Shown in pieces: positions 19,153 through 30,591 of a stretch of 64,000 nucleotides of DNA. A model generated the notes under the pieces. It searched no databases. It saw only the letters and a list, made by a program, of their open reading frames with translations, and was not told where the DNA came from. Position 1 is the stretch's first letter. Each line of letters opens with the position of its first letter. Both the position numbers and the translations under genes were made by a program. Source of the stretch: Gammaproteobacteria bacterium (GTDB lineage Bacteria; Pseudomonadota; Gammaproteobacteria; UBA5861); NCBI GenBank assembly GCA_022360445.1, contig JAKSCV010000012.1, positions 1,364 through 65,363 on the forward strand, given 5' to 3'.

Positions 19153-21780
19153 ATGTCAGGTGTATCAGTAGAACAATTAGCCAAAGTTGTTGGCACAACT
19201 ACGGAACGTTTGTTATCGCAGCTGGCGGATGCTGGTGTGCCTAAACAAAATGATGCTGATGTGGTTTCAGATACAGAGAAATTACAACTTTTGGATCACC
19301 TGAGAAAAGTACATGGCAAGCAAGAGCTTGAACAAAAGCCAGTCAACAAAATCACACTGCGCCGCAAGCGAACCAGTGAAATCAAAGTAGGTGGCAAGGG
19401 CAGCAAGACAGTTAATGTAGAGGTTAGGGGAAAGCGTACTTACGTTAAACGTAGCCAAACAGCGGATGAAGAAGCTAAACGAGCTGCTGCGATGGCTGAA
19501 GAGCGTGTCAAGCGGGAAGCTCAGGCTGCTGAGCTAGAACGCAAACGTTTAGAAGCAGAGCAAGCCAAACAGGCTGAAGAAGCGCTGAAAAAAGAAAAAG
19601 AAGCGGCAGATCGCCGGGCTCAAGAAGAGGCTGAAATCAAGGCTAAGGAAGAAGCTGAGCGGCAGGTGAGAGAAAAAGAGGAAGTATTACAAGCAGAAGA
19701 AAAACGTAAATCTGAAGAAGCTAAAAAAGAACAGCCCAAGGAAGAAAGTACTGAGTCTTCCAAAAAGCCACAACCAAAAATCGCAGCGCCTACTGATCAA
19801 GCTATAGGCGAATCGGCCAAATCTAAAAAAAGTAAAAAGAAGCCTCGCTTTGATAAAAGTGATGATGCGTATGACACGCGTTATGGACGAGAAGAGCTGC
19901 ATGTTGCACGAGGCAAAGCCGGTAAACGCAAAAAAGATGTGCGCAGTGGAAAGAAAGGCGGGGATGTTGCTTTTGATACACCTAAAAAACATGGTTTTGA
20001 AAAGCCAACTGCACCGATTGTCAGAGAGGTCAAAATTCCTGAAGCGATAACAGTTGCAGAGCTGGCTAATAAGATGTCTTTGAAAGCGGCCGATGTCATT
20101 AAAAAAATGATGGGCATGGGCGAAATGGTGACGATCAATCAGGTAATTGATCAAGACACCGCTTTACTTGTGGTTGAGGAGCTGGGACACGTCGGTATTT
20201 CTTCAAGCGGAGAAGACGTGGAAATCGGGCTCGAAGAAGCAATTCGTAACACAGCTGATCAAGGCAGTGAAATCACCCGGCCACCGATTGTTACCGTTAT
20301 GGGGCATGTCGATCACGGTAAAACCTCATTATTGGATTATATCCGCAGCACTAAAGTCACTTCTGATGAAGCAGGAGGAATCACTCAGCACATCGGCGCT
20401 TACCATGTAGATACCGAAGAAGGCACAATTACCTTTTTGGACACACCAGGCCATTCTGCTTTCACAGCGATGCGAGCTCGGGGAGCCAAGATTACTGACC
20501 TTGTTGTCTTGGTTGTTGCCGCAGATGATGGCGTTATGCCACAGACCATAGAAGCTATCCAGCACGCTCAAGCGGCCGAGGTACCTATTATTGTTGCTGT
20601 TAATAAAATAGATAAGCCAGAAGCTGATCCTGACCGAGTTAAGAATGAACTCTCAAATCACGGCATCATTCCTGAAGACTGGGGCGGTGATGCTCAGATT
20701 GTACATGTCTCTGCACATACAGGAGAGGGGGTTCAAAACCTGCTGGAAAGTATTTTGCTGCAATCAGAACTGTTAGAGCTCAAAGCTGCGTCAAGTGGGG
20801 ATGCGACGGGTATTGTTGTGGAAGCCGCACTTGAAGTTGGCCGTGGGCCAGTTGCAACTGTTCTTGTGCAATCGGGTGAGCTGAAACAAGGGGATATCCT
20901 TGTGTGTGGGGCTGAGTATGGGCGTGTTCGCGCTATGTTTGATGAAGATGGCAAACAAGTAAAAGTCGCTGGTCCCTCCATCCCTGTTCAAGTACTAGGT
21001 TTAACGGGTGTGCCCCATGCCGGTGATGAGATGCTTGTTGCCAAAAACGAGCGTAAAGCGAAAGAGTTAGCTGGATTAAGGAAAGAAAAATCTCGCCACA
21101 AACGTTTGTCAGGCTTACAAGCGGCTAAACTGGATGACTTTTTTGCGCAATCTTCAACAGATCAAAAAGAAAATCTGAATGTTGTCATAAAAGCGGATGT
21201 GCAGGGCAGCTTTGAAGCACTTAATGACTCACTACAAAAAATCTCTACAGAAGACATCACGATCAAGGTGATTGGAGGCGGGGTCGGAGGTATTAATGAG
21301 TCTGACGCGCAATTGGCAATCGCCTCTGATGCCATTTTAATTGGCTTTAATGTTCGTGCGGATGCGTCAGCGCGAAAAGTCCTGAATGAAGCTGAGCACG
21401 AAGTTCACTACTTTAGCGTGATATACGATGCCATTGATTATGTTAAGGCGGTTGGTAGCAATATGCTTTCGCCTGAGATTAAAGAAAGAATTATCGGACT
21501 TGCAGAAGTTAAAGATGTTTTTCGCTCATCTAAATTTGGTGCAGTTGCCGGTTCTATGGTCGTTGATGGTGTCGTCAAGCGAAAAAATCCGATTCGTGTG
21601 TTGCGAGATAACGTCGTTATTTTTGAAGGTGAACTGGAGTCGTTAAGGCGTTTTAAAGATGATGTCGATGAAGTACGAATGGGAACGGAATGTGGAATTG
21701 CTGTCCGTAATTACAAAGACGTAAAAGTTGGTGACCACATTGAAGTTTTTGAGCATACTGAGATCGCCCGGACACTCTAA
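19153..21780 (+). CDS. infB: Translation initiation factor IF-2
   Basis: 875 aa with a K/E-rich N-terminal region and the GTPase motifs [19 protein letters not shown] and NKID. Confidence 0.97.
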   Translation: MSGVSVEQLAKVVGTTTERLLSQLADAGVPKQNDADVVSDTEKLQLLDHLRKVHGKQELEQKPVNKITLRRKRTSEIKVGGKGSKTVNVEVRGKRTYVKRSQTADEEAKRAAAMAEERVKREAQAAELERKRLEAEQAKQAEEALKKEKEAADRRAQEEAEIKAKEEAERQVREKEEVLQAEEKRKSEEAKKEQPKEESTESSKKPQPKIAAPTDQAIGESAKSKKSKKKPRFDKSDDAYDTRYGREELHVARGKAGKRKKDVRSGKKGGDVAFDTPKKHGFEKPTAPIVREVKIPEAITVAELANKMSLKAADVIKKMMGMGEMVTINQVIDQDTALLVVEELGHVGISSSGEDVEIGLEEAIRNTADQGSEITRPPIVTVMGHVDHGKTSLLDYIRSTKVTSDEAGGITQHIGAYHVDTEEGTITFLDTPGHSAFTAMRARGAKITDLVVLVVAADDGVMPQTIEAIQHAQAAEVPIIVAVNKIDKPEADPDRVKNELSNHGIIPEDWGGDAQIVHVSAHTGEGVQNLLESILLQSELLELKAASSGDATGIVVEAALEVGRGPVATVLVQSGELKQGDILVCGAEYGRVRAMFDEDGKQVKVAGPSIPVQVLGLTGVPHAGDEMLVAKNERKAKELAGLRKEKSRHKRLSGLQAAKLDDFFAQSSTDQKENLNVVIKADVQGSFEALNDSLQKISTEDITIKVIGGGVGGINESDAQLAIASDAILIGFNVRADASARKVLNEAEHEVHYFSVIYDAIDYVKAVGSNMLSPEIKERIIGLAEVKDVFRSSKFGAVAGSMVVDGVVKRKNPIRVLRDNVVIFEGELESLRRFKDDVDEVRMGTECGIAVRNYKDVKVGDHIEVFEHTEIARTL

Positions 21781-22149
21781 ATGGTAAAAGAAAGTTCACG
21801 CACATACCGAGTGGCAGACCAAATTCAACGCGAGCTGGCGGATATTCTTCGTAAGGGGGTTAAAGATCCCAGGCTGCCTGAGATGGTGACTATTTCTGAT
21901 GTCAGTGTAAGTCGGGACCTGTCTGTAGCTACAATCTATTTCACATTGGTTGATGAGGAACGTAGACAAGATGCTGACTTTGTATTGAATCGTGCCGCTG
22001 GTTTTATAAGAACGGAATTATCACGGCGCATTCAACTTCGTTCGGTGCCTCAATTGCGCTTCCGGTACGACGACTCGATTGAAAAAGGAGAGCATATCGA
22101 GTCTCTTATTCAGTCAGCTCTTGAGTCTGATCGTAGCTCGCGCCATTAA
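21781..22149 (+). CDS. rbfA: Ribosome-binding factor A
   Basis: 122 aa. It starts directly after the infB stop. Contains RVADQIQRELADIL. Confidence 0.93.
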   Translation: MVKESSRTYRVADQIQRELADILRKGVKDPRLPEMVTISDVSVSRDLSVATIYFTLVDEERRQDADFVLNRAAGFIRTELSRRIQLRSVPQLRFRYDDSIEKGEHIESLIQSALESDRSSRH

Positions 22150-22157
22150 ACCCACGA

Positions 22158-23111
22158 ATGAAAAAAACACAAAAAAGACGAGCAGTTAGCGGCATTTTAT
22201 TATTAGATAAATCCCAAGGCACCACATCGAACTGTGCGTTACAACGTGTTAAACGGTTTTTTAATGCTCAAAAGGCTGGTCATACGGGTAGTTTAGATCC
22301 ACTAGCAACGGGCATGCTCCCAATTTGTTTTGGCGAAGCCACTAAAGTGTCTTCCTTTTTACTGAACGCGGATAAGTGTTATCAAACAACGATGCGGCTT
22401 GGCCAAGTCACGGACACTGGCGATGCTGACGGGCAAGTCCTCCGTGAATTCCCAGTAGAACCCATAGATCCTGAAAATCTGCAAGCGATTTTGAAAGAAT
22501 TTATGGGGACGATCATGCAGACTCCACCGATGTATTCGGCACTTAAGCACCAAGGGCAGCCATTGTATGCTTTGGCTAGAAAAGGGGTGACGATCACAAG
22601 AGCCGAAAGACAGGTTACGATATCGGAGTTAAGTCTAATTCAGCAAACAGACACAGAACTGAAATTACAGGTTCGATGTTCGAAAGGCACATATATCCGG
22701 ACCTTAGTTGAAGACATTGGACGAAGGCTCGGCTGTGGTGCTCACGTAAAAACCTTGCGCAGATTGTACGTTGAACCTTTCAAATCTGAACCGACAATCA
22801 CTTTATCTGAGCTGGAAATGATTGCTGATAACTATATCGAGCTGGATCAGCATCTAAAGCCGGTTGATTGTGCGCTTGGTCACTGGCCTTCTGCTCGCTT
22901 GTCGCCCGATGGGGTAAAGTCATTATTCATGGGGAGAGAGGTTACTACGGTAGCCATTGATGATGCGCCCATAGGAAGCCTTATTCGTCTTTACAGTACA
23001 AATCAAGGTTTTCTTGGTATGGGTAAAGTACTTCTGAATGGACGGGTTGCGCCAAAGCGCTTAATTCAGCAATCGTCCACAACAACTCCAGTTTTGGTAG
23101 ATTCCCAATGA
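22158..23111 (+). CDS. truB: tRNA pseudouridine(55) synthase TruB
   Basis: 317 aa with GILLLDKSQGTTSN and the catalytic motif HTGSLDPLATGMLPI. Confidence 0.95.
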   Translation: MKKTQKRRAVSGILLLDKSQGTTSNCALQRVKRFFNAQKAGHTGSLDPLATGMLPICFGEATKVSSFLLNADKCYQTTMRLGQVTDTGDADGQVLREFPVEPIDPENLQAILKEFMGTIMQTPPMYSALKHQGQPLYALARKGVTITRAERQVTISELSLIQQTDTELKLQVRCSKGTYIRTLVEDIGRRLGCGAHVKTLRRLYVEPFKSEPTITLSELEMIADNYIELDQHLKPVDCALGHWPSARLSPDGVKSLFMGREVTTVAIDDAPIGSLIRLYSTNQGFLGMGKVLLNGRVAPKRLIQQSSTTTPVLVDSQ

Positions 23112-23126
23112 ACTGCTAGAATTCAC

Positions 23127-23166
23127 CGTTTGGCGTCACAGAATGACACCAAACGCAAAGTTTTTT
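23127..23166 (+). terminator. Imperfect hairpin plus T6 run downstream of truB; possible partial terminator ahead of rpsO
   Basis: CGTTTGGCGTC (23127-23137) pairs with GACACCAAACG (23145-23155) with one mismatch. TTTTTT follows at 23161-23166. Confidence 0.4.
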
Positions 23167-23230
23167 AAATGCTGGAGCGGTTTTTTTGTACTTCAGCTTA
23201 CTTTTTTAACTTAAAAGGAGATTTGACGGA

Positions 23231-23503
23231 ATGTCATGCTTATCCGCCGAACAAAAGGCAGAAATCGTTCGTGAATATCAATTAGACTCTTCGGATACGG
23301 GGTCACCCGAAGTTCAAGTTGCACTGTTATCCGCTCGCATTACGCACTTGACTGAACATTTTAAAACCCATAAACACGACCATCACTCTCGTCGTGGCCT
23401 GATTCGCATGGTAAACCAGCGACGGAAATTGCTCGACTACTTGAAACGGAAAAATCAGGATCGCTATCAAACGCTCATTCAGCGTCTCGGCTTGCGTCGT
23501 TAA
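23231..23503 (+). CDS. rpsO: 30S ribosomal protein S15
   Basis: 90 aa with [34 protein letters not shown]. Confidence 0.96.
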   Translation: MSCLSAEQKAEIVREYQLDSSDTGSPEVQVALLSARITHLTEHFKTHKHDHHSRRGLIRMVNQRRKLLDYLKRKNQDRYQTLIQRLGLRR

Positions 23504-23529
23504 GACAACTATTACTCAGGAAAAATAAA

Positions 23530-25632
23530 GTGACTAAATACACGAAACAGTTCCAGTATGGTGATCGACAAGTCACCATCGAGACCGGCGAAATTGCGCG
23601 TCAATCCAACGCGGCAGTGCTAGTGAGTATTTCCGATACAGTGGTGCTTGTGACTGCGGTGGGGAGAAAAGAAGCTAAAGCAGATCAAGACTTTTTTCCA
23701 CTGACAATCAATTACCAAGAACGGACGTATGCTGCAGGAAAAATTCCTGGTGGTTTTTTTAAGCGGGAAGGGCGTCCAAGTGAAAACGAAACCCTTGTTT
23801 CGCGATTAATTGACCGGCCTTTAAGACCTTTATTTCCAAAAGGCTTTAAAAATGAAGTTCAAATTATTGCGACCGTTGTTTCGATTGACCCAGAAGTTAA
23901 TCCTGATATTGCGGCAATGATTGGTGCATCCGCAGCCGCTGTTTTATCCGGTATTCCCTTTAGTGGGCCGATTGGTGCAGCGCGGGTGGGTTATATTGAT
24001 AGTCAATTTGTCTTAAATCCGACTCGTGAACAACTGGGAAGTTCTGACCTTGATCTGGTTGTCGCCGGGACAGAAAGTGCTGTTCTGATGGTCGAATCGG
24101 AAGCGAACATGCTGTCCGAATCGGTGATGTTAGAAGCGGTCATGTATGGTCATGAGCAAATGCAAACAGTTATTAAGGCGATCAATGAACTGGCTCAAGA
24201 AGCGTCTCCTGATCAGTGGAATTGGCAAGAACCCGAAGTCGACTCCAGTATTGCAGAACGTGTTTCAGCGACGGTCGAAAGCGACTTAAATGCAGCGTAT
24301 TCAATTGCGGAAAAATTGAAACGTCAGGACGAAGTGGCTGCGGCCAAAGAAAAAGTCCTTAATGCACTGGTCAGTGAAAACTCTGACACAGTGGTGAGTG
24401 AAAAAGATATATTGAGTGCGTTCGCGGATCTTGAAAAACGTATTGTGCGTGGACGGATTTTGTCAGGAGAACTCCGAATTGATGGCCGTGATACACGGAC
24501 AGTCAGGCCCGTTACCGTTAAAACAGGCATTCTTCCACGCACACACGGTTCAGCGCTTTTCACCCGAGGTGAGACTCAAGCGCTGGTGACCACAACATTG
24601 GGAACGGCGCGGGATGCGCAAATTATCGATGCCCTGGAAGGTGAATATCGTGAACGCTTCATGTTGCATTACAATTTTCCACCTTATTGCGTGGGTGAAA
24701 CAGGCATGGTGGGATCTCCGAAACGGCGTGAAATTGGCCACGGGCGTCTTGCTAAGCGTGGTATAGCAGCAACATTGCCAGAAGAGGAAACTTTTCCTTA
24801 TACCATTCGTGTTGTGTCGGAAATCACCGAATCCAATGGATCCAGTTCAATGGCCAGCGTTTGTGGAACTAGTCTGGCGCTTATGGATGCGGGCGTGCCG
24901 GTAATAGCTCCTGTAGCTGGTATAGCGATGGGCTTGATTAAAGAAGGCAACCGATTTGCAGTTCTGACAGATATACTCGGCGATGAGGACCATCTGGGTG
25001 ATATGGACTTCAAAGTGGCCGGTGCTCGAGAGGGCATAACAGCGCTGCAAATGGATATTAAAATTGACGGCATCACTCGGGATATTATGGAAGCCGCTCT
25101 AGAGCAGGCTAAAGAAGGTCGGCTTTCTATCTTGGACAGTATGTCCGAAGTCATTTCCGGTGCTCGCGAGGAGCTTTCGAAGTTTGCTCCTCGGTTCATC
25201 ATGATGAAGATCGACCCCGAAAAAATTGCTGCGGTCATTGGGAAAGGCGGCTCGGTCATTCGTGCTTTGACTGAAGAGACCGGTGCGACAATCGATATCG
25301 TCGATGATGGTACGATTAAAATTGCTTCTGCAGATAGAGATGCAGGAGAGGAAGCACGACGCCGTATAGAGCAGCTGACAGCTGATGTGGAAGTGGGTAC
25401 AGTATACAAAGGCAAGGTCATTAAGATCATGGACTTTGGAGCGTTTGTTAATGTATTGCCGGGTAAAGATGGCCTGGTCCACATTTCCCAAATTTCTGAG
25501 CAGCGCGTGCAAAGTGTCTCAGATGAGTTGTCAGAAGGTCAGGTTGTACGTGTCAAAGTTTTAGAAATCGACAAGCAAGGCCGTATCCGTTTGAGTATGA
25601 AAGCAGTAGAACAAGAGCAAACTGCAGAGTAG
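23530..25632 (+). CDS. pnp: Polyribonucleotide nucleotidyltransferase (PNPase)
   Basis: 700 aa from a GTG start. Two RNase PH domains, plus KH and S1 domains at the C-terminus ([18 protein letters not shown]). Confidence 0.97.
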   Translation: MTKYTKQFQYGDRQVTIETGEIARQSNAAVLVSISDTVVLVTAVGRKEAKADQDFFPLTINYQERTYAAGKIPGGFFKREGRPSENETLVSRLIDRPLRPLFPKGFKNEVQIIATVVSIDPEVNPDIAAMIGASAAAVLSGIPFSGPIGAARVGYIDSQFVLNPTREQLGSSDLDLVVAGTESAVLMVESEANMLSESVMLEAVMYGHEQMQTVIKAINELAQEASPDQWNWQEPEVDSSIAERVSATVESDLNAAYSIAEKLKRQDEVAAAKEKVLNALVSENSDTVVSEKDILSAFADLEKRIVRGRILSGELRIDGRDTRTVRPVTVKTGILPRTHGSALFTRGETQALVTTTLGTARDAQIIDALEGEYRERFMLHYNFPPYCVGETGMVGSPKRREIGHGRLAKRGIAATLPEEETFPYTIRVVSEITESNGSSSMASVCGTSLALMDAGVPVIAPVAGIAMGLIKEGNRFAVLTDILGDEDHLGDMDFKVAGAREGITALQMDIKIDGITRDIMEAALEQAKEGRLSILDSMSEVISGAREELSKFAPRFIMMKIDPEKIAAVIGKGGSVIRALTEETGATIDIVDDGTIKIASADRDAGEEARRRIEQLTADVEVGTVYKGKVIKIMDFGAFVNVLPGKDGLVHISQISEQRVQSVSDELSEGQVVRVKVLEIDKQGRIRLSMKAVEQEQTAE

Positions 25633-25650
25633 GTTTCGGTCTCACGTAAA

Positions 25651-25677
25651 TGGAGAGAGCTTCTTCTCTCCATTTTT
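25651..25677 (+). terminator. Rho-independent terminator after pnp
   Basis: TGGAGAGA...TCTCTCCA stem followed by TTTTT, 19 nt after the pnp stop. Confidence 0.75.
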
Positions 25678-25746
25678 AAACGAGATAGCTCAAATTCGAC
25701 TGTATTCAAACTACTTTTCTACCTATCGCTAATATGAGCCTGATCA

Positions 25747-26223
25747 GTGGAAGACAGTTCGAGCGCAACGCTTGATAAATACTGGATGGAATATGCTCTG
25801 AGCCTTGCCGTGGCTGCTGGCAGAGCGGGGGAAGTTCCCGTCGGTGCATTGATTACGAAAAATGATAGGCTAATCGCTGAAGGCGCTAATCAGTCTATCA
25901 CTACTGTTGATCCAACGGCTCATGCAGAAATTATTGCCCTGCGGGCCGCAGCGAAAGCGTTGGGCAATTATAGGCTCCCCGGTTGTACTCTGTACGTTAC
26001 GATTGAGCCCTGCAGTATGTGTGTGGGGGCATTGGTGCATGCACGGATTGAGCGCTTAGTATATGGGGCCCCAGAACCAAGAACGGGTGCTGTGTGCAGT
26101 GCCATTGAGTTGTTGGGCGCTTCTTTTTACAATCACAGAGTGGCGGTGACCTCAGGTGTTATGCAGCAGGCATGTTCAACGGTAATCCAGTCGTTTTTCC
26201 GTAATAAACGTTTGAAATCATAG
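25747..26223 (+). CDS. tadA: tRNA adenosine(34) deaminase TadA
   Basis: 158 aa with the zinc motifs HAEIIALR and PCSMCVGAL. Confidence 0.9.
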   Translation: MEDSSSATLDKYWMEYALSLAVAAGRAGEVPVGALITKNDRLIAEGANQSITTVDPTAHAEIIALRAAAKALGNYRLPGCTLYVTIEPCSMCVGALVHARIERLVYGAPEPRTGAVCSAIELLGASFYNHRVAVTSGVMQQACSTVIQSFFRNKRLKS

Positions 26224-26247
26224 TCAGCTGCATTTTTAGTTTGTGTT

Positions 26248-26706
26248 CTATTGCGATGTGTAGATGGGCTCGACGCACAGTGCGGCCCCTTCAAGCCGCG
26301 TCACAATCACGCGGGTGCCGGCTGGGCAATCCGTTCCTGTAATTTGCCACAGGGTATCATCAATACGGATTTTCCCTTTTCCATTTTCCATTGGACTATC
26401 TAATACGAATGTTTTATTTATATATTGCTCTCCACGTCGGTTTAGCGTGGGGTTATCTGTACTTTTGTAGAAGGTTTGTACGTAAGTGCGTCCCAAGAAA
26501 ACGCTGATCACCGACACAAAAGCGAAAATTAAAAACTGAACTTCCCAATTGAGGGTGGGGGAAAACAATAAAATAACACCCACCACGCCTGCTGAGATGG
26601 CCATCCATAGCATAAAAGTGGTTGGAAGAATAATTTCGACAATGATGAGCAAAACGGCGAAGATCAGCCAATGCCATATTTGTAAAGGTATTAACCAATT
26701 GAGCAC
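26248..26706 (-). CDS. NfeD-family membrane protein (YbbJ-like)
   Basis: 152 aa with hydrophobic N-terminal helices and a C-terminal OB-like segment. It lies directly downstream of an SPFH gene, the classic pairing. Confidence 0.85.
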   Translation of the reverse strand: MLNWLIPLQIWHWLIFAVLLIIVEIILPTTFMLWMAISAGVVGVILLFSPTLNWEVQFLIFAFVSVISVFLGRTYVQTFYKSTDNPTLNRRGEQYINKTFVLDSPMENGKGKIRIDDTLWQITGTDCPAGTRVIVTRLEGAALCVEPIYTSQ

Positions 26707-26733
26707 ACATCTCTCCTGTAGTTATTAAACTGT

Positions 26734-27759
26734 TTATGTTTTATTATCACCTTCACCTTCACTTTTTCCTTTATCTTGATCCAAGGCTGCAACGTCAGCA
26801 ACAATATTCTCGGAGTCAACGCCGCGTGGCTTTGTTGGGCCTCTGGAGTTATTAAATAATTCAGTGATACCGGCGATTGAACCAATAACGCCAGATGCTT
26901 CCAAAGGCATGAATACCACTTTTTGATTATCGGCAGAGGCAACCTGGCCCAAAGCTTCAATGTATTTTTGAGCAACAAAATAGTTTACAGCCTGAGTATT
27001 TCCTTGCTCAATAGCTTTAGACAGTACATGAGTTGCTCTGGCTTCTGCTTGTGCCTCGCGCTCCCGTGCTTCGGCTTCAAGAAAAGCGGCTTGTTTTTTG
27101 CCTTCAGCCGTTAAAATTGCTGCGCGCTTTTCACCTTCCGCTCTTTCAATGGCCGCTCGTCGTGCACCTTCAGCTTCAAGTACGACAGCTCTTCGCTCCC
27201 GCTCTGCTTTGAGCTGGCGACTCATGGCTTTTTCTAAGTCTTCGTCTGTCGAAATATCCTTGATTTCGATGCGAGTGACTTTGACGCCCCAGGGCGTGGT
27301 GGCTTCATCGATAACGCTCAGAAGTCGTGTATTAATTTCATCACGGTGTGACAGTAGGTGGTCCAACTCCAGTGATCCCATGACGGTTCGGATGTTGGTC
27401 ATGACAAGGGTATGGATGGCGTGAGGGAGGTCATCGACTTCATAAGCGGCTTTAGCGGCATCCAGAATTTGGTAGAAGACAACGCCATCAACTTCAACGA
27501 CAGCGTTATCCAGGGTGATGACTTCTTGAGAAGGCACATCAATGACTTGTTCCATCATTTTGATTTTTTTGCCTACTCTGTCAATAACAGGTCGTACGAC
27601 GTGTAATCCAGGCCCCAATGTATAGATGTAGCGCCCAAATCGCTCAATCGTATATTCCATCCCCTGAGGGACAGTAACGACACCAAAAAAGATGATAACA
27701 ATCGCTAAGATAACAACGATCAGTGCAAAAATTGAAAAGGTGATTCCGGTCAGTGCCAT
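26734..27759 (-). CDS. SPFH/band-7 (stomatin/QmcA-like) membrane protein
   Basis: 341 aa with an N-terminal TM helix, an SPFH core (VPQGMEYTIERFGRY...) and an A/E/R-rich coiled-coil segment. Confidence 0.9.
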   Translation of the reverse strand: MALTGITFSIFALIVVILAIVIIFFGVVTVPQGMEYTIERFGRYIYTLGPGLHVVRPVIDRVGKKIKMMEQVIDVPSQEVITLDNAVVEVDGVVFYQILDAAKAAYEVDDLPHAIHTLVMTNIRTVMGSLELDHLLSHRDEINTRLLSVIDEATTPWGVKVTRIEIKDISTDEDLEKAMSRQLKAERERRAVVLEAEGARRAAIERAEGEKRAAILTAEGKKQAAFLEAEAREREAQAEARATHVLSKAIEQGNTQAVNYFVAQKYIEALGQVASADNQKVVFMPLEASGVIGSIAGITELFNNSRGPTKPRGVDSENIVADVAALDQDKGKSEGEGDNKT

Positions 27760-27861
27760 AGGTATTCTTCTCTATAAAGTGCTGTAAAATGTAAGCTGAG
27801 AAGCTTTATATATTCTGCTATCAGAACCCTATAGTAACGTTAATAGGTTATTGCACCAACT

Positions 27862-28275
27862 ATGGAACAAACAGTTTTGCAATATGCGTCGCAGGGCAGA
27901 GGGCTCTATGAGCTGACGGACCGGATCAACCAATTCATCGCTGAGAAACCAGCTCGCTTAGGCCTGTGCCATATATTTTTACATCACACCAGTGCTTCAT
28001 TGATTGTGACTGAGAATGCCGACCCAACCGTGTGCGAAGACCTTGAGCGTTTCTTGAGTCGCTTGGTGCCAGACGGTGATGCTTCATATCAACATACTGC
28101 CGAGGGGTCAGATGACATGGCTGCACATGTTCGTAGTGTATTGACACAAACGGAGTTGAGCATTCCTTTTGAGCAAGGCCGTTTGACACTGGGAACATGG
28201 CAGGGCGTTTATCTCTGGGAGCACCGGCTAGAACCCCATCGTAGGAAAATAACGGTGACGTTGTTGGGTTGCTGA
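27862..28275 (+). CDS. YjbQ/UPF0047-family protein (secondary thiamine-phosphate synthase enzyme family)
   Basis: 137 aa with LCHIFLHHTSASL...ENADP...D and LGTWQGVYLWEHR, characteristic of YjbQ. Confidence 0.85.
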   Translation: MEQTVLQYASQGRGLYELTDRINQFIAEKPARLGLCHIFLHHTSASLIVTENADPTVCEDLERFLSRLVPDGDASYQHTAEGSDDMAAHVRSVLTQTELSIPFEQGRLTLGTWQGVYLWEHRLEPHRRKITVTLLGC

Positions 28276-28289
28276 TCAACCAATATTGT

Positions 28290-29180
28290 TTAGGAATAAA
28301 CGCCTGTGGAGATATAGCGATCACCGCGATCACAGACGACGGTGACGATCAGGGCATCTTGTAAGCTTTCAGATAAATGTAACGCTGCGGCGAGTGCACC
28401 ACCTGATGAAACTCCAGCAAAAATACCTTCAACAGTCGCCAATTTATGCATGGTTTCAAGAGCTTCACTCTTAGAAACGTCAATAATCTGGTCTACGCGT
28501 GAGGGCTCAAAGATCTTTGGCAGGTAGGCAGGTGGCCATCGGCGAATGCCGGGGATACTCTCGCCTTCTTCGGGTTGTACACCAATGATTTTAATAGCTG
28601 GATTTTTTTCTTTTAAATAGCGGGATGTCCCCATAATGGTGCCGGTTGTTCCCATTGCGCTTACGAAGTGTGTGACCTTCCCGTCTGTCGCTCTCCATAT
28701 TTCTGGCCCCGTCGTTTCGTAGTGCGCCAGTGGGTTATCAGGATTGGCAAATTGATCCAGCACCTTGCCTTCGCCTCTCTTTTCCATGGTCGCTGCCAGA
28801 TCGCGGGCACCTTCCATTCCTTCCTGCTCACTGACAAGAATAATGTCGGCACCATATCCACGCATTGATGCCTGTCGTTCTTGGCTCATGTTATCTGGCA
28901 TGATGAGTTTCATGTGATAACCCCGGATGGTGGCCGCCATTGCTAAAGCGATTCCTGTATTACCACTGGTGGCTTCAATAAGCGTGTCGCCAGGCTTGAT
29001 TTCACCACGGGCCTCAGCATGTTTGATCATGCTCAGGGCCGGGCGATCTTTTACGGAGCCGGCAGGATTATTGCCTTCTAATTTTGCGAAGAGACGGTTA
29101 CCTGTCGACTCTGGTAGTAGGCGTTTCAATGCAACCAGAGGGGTTTGGCCTACGGTATTTTCGATAGAAATCGTATCCAT
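28290..29180 (-). CDS. cysM: Cysteine synthase B
   Basis: 296 aa. It matches E. coli CysM along its length as I recall that sequence: KLEGNNPAGSVKDRPALSMI, EATSGNTGIALAM, SIPGIRRWP, CDRGDRY. Confidence 0.93.
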   Translation of the reverse strand: MDTISIENTVGQTPLVALKRLLPESTGNRLFAKLEGNNPAGSVKDRPALSMIKHAEARGEIKPGDTLIEATSGNTGIALAMAATIRGYHMKLIMPDNMSQERQASMRGYGADIILVSEQEGMEGARDLAATMEKRGEGKVLDQFANPDNPLAHYETTGPEIWRATDGKVTHFVSAMGTTGTIMGTSRYLKEKNPAIKIIGVQPEEGESIPGIRRWPPAYLPKIFEPSRVDQIIDVSKSEALETMHKLATVEGIFAGVSSGGALAAALHLSESLQDALIVTVVCDRGDRYISTGVYS

Positions 29181-29488
29181 TAAGCATTCATCCTTACATT
29201 ATTTTTCATAAGTAGCTCTACAAAAAATCCTAGCACAGTGGGATGGCAGAGGTTTAGAACGTGTGGTCACATCGTAATGCACTAAGTCACTAAATCATCA
29301 TAGGTAACCCGCATGTACAGAGGGAATGTAATGGAATTTTCATAAATGACTTGAAGTTCATTATGAGTATGGTAGGTTTAAGTCGTCAAAGACGCTCTGT
29401 GTTGCCTTCTACGCGCTTTACGTAACAAAAGACGTTACGATTTTGCTGCTTATTTGCCTGCTTGTTTACGTCAAAATGGAGAAAAATA

Positions 29489-30508
29489 ATGAAATTTTTT
29501 AATTCCTTAGCTGCTCTTGTTGTCTTGGGGACTACTGCCGTCACCCCTGTAGCGTCTGCTGCGACGCTAGACGATGTTATGAAGAAAGGTTTTATTCAAT
29601 GCGGTGTGAGTCAGGGTTTACCCGGCTTTTCTAACCCTGATGAGAAAGGCAACTGGACAGGGATTGATATTGACGTTTGCCGTGCTGTCGCGGCCGCTGT
29701 TTTTGGCGATGCAAGCCAAGTCAAGTACACACCCCTATCTGCCAAAGTGAGGTTCACTGCCTTACAGTCGGGTGAGATCGATATGTTATCGCGCAACACC
29801 ACGTGGACATTGACTCGTGATACCTCCTTGGGGCTCAATTTTGCGGGTGTCAACTATTATGACGGACAAGGCTTCATGGTACCGAAAAAGCTGGGTGTGG
29901 AAAGTGCAAAAGAACTTGATGGTGCCGCCGTTTGTACAAACTTGGGTACAACGACTGAGCTTAATATGTCCGATTATTTTGCAGCAAATAAAATGAAATA
30001 CACACCCGTGGTGTTCGAAAAAGCAGACGAAGTGGTTGCCGCTTATGATGCTGGCCGGTGTGACGTTTACACGACGGACCGTTCAGGTTTAGCCGCACAA
30101 CGTTTGAAAATGAAAGATCCGGATGCTCATATGGTTTTGCCTGAAACGATCTCCAAAGAGCCGCTGGGCCCTGTCGTTCGTCATGGTGATGACCAATGGC
30201 TTGATATTGTCAAGTGGACGCTCTTCGCAATGATTGAAGCTGAAGAACAAGGCATCACATCTAAAAATGTTGATGACAAGCTGAAGTCTGATAACCCAGC
30301 CACTAAACGCCTCCTAGGTGTTGAAGGTGATATGGGTGAAAAACTCGGATTATCAAACAAGTGGGTCTACAACATTGTTAAGCAAGTGGGCAATTATGGT
30401 GAAAGCTTTGATGAACATGTAGGCCCGAATACACCACTCAAACTCACACGTGGGGTGAATGCGCTTTGGAATAAAGGCGGCTTAATGTACCCCATGCCAA
30501 TCCGCTAA
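29489..30508 (+). CDS. aapJ: General L-amino-acid ABC transporter, periplasmic substrate-binding protein (AapJ/BztA-type)
   Basis: MKFFNSLAALVVLGTTAVTPVASA is a signal peptide, and the rest has a family-3 SBP fold. ATG 29489 has GGAG 9 nt upstream. The ORF-track TTG at 29462 is probably an over-extension. Confidence 0.85.
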   Translation: MKFFNSLAALVVLGTTAVTPVASAATLDDVMKKGFIQCGVSQGLPGFSNPDEKGNWTGIDIDVCRAVAAAVFGDASQVKYTPLSAKVRFTALQSGEIDMLSRNTTWTLTRDTSLGLNFAGVNYYDGQGFMVPKKLGVESAKELDGAAVCTNLGTTTELNMSDYFAANKMKYTPVVFEKADEVVAAYDAGRCDVYTTDRSGLAAQRLKMKDPDAHMVLPETISKEPLGPVVRHGDDQWLDIVKWTLFAMIEAEEQGITSKNVDDKLKSDNPATKRLLGVEGDMGEKLGLSNKWVYNIVKQVGNYGESFDEHVGPNTPLKLTRGVNALWNKGGLMYPMPIR

Positions 30509-30520
30509 CAAGCAGTCCCC

Positions 30521-30553
30521 ACAACGCCCGACTTTTCGGGCGTTGTCTTTTCT
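30521..30553 (+). terminator. Intra-operon hairpin plus T-rich tail after the binding-protein gene; probable partial terminator or mRNA stabiliser
   Basis: ACAACGCCCGA-CTTT-TCGGGCGTTGT followed by CTTTTCTT, located between aapJ and aapQ. Confidence 0.55.
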
Positions 30554-30591
30554 TACTCCGATAGAATTGCCAGTTTCTCTGTGAGTCGTTT

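Noticed and set aside
19687-20154. 155-aa antisense ORF in the K/E-rich region of infB
   Set aside because: It is an F/L/R-rich low-complexity mirror of the lysine/glutamate-rich IF-2 N-terminal domain.
24798-25484. 228-aa ORF antisense to pnp (also 25099-25512, 137 aa)
   Set aside because: It lies entirely within the unmistakable PNPase reading frame. Its S/P/A/R-rich, low-complexity translation is typical of antisense frames, and it has no RBS or recognisable domain.
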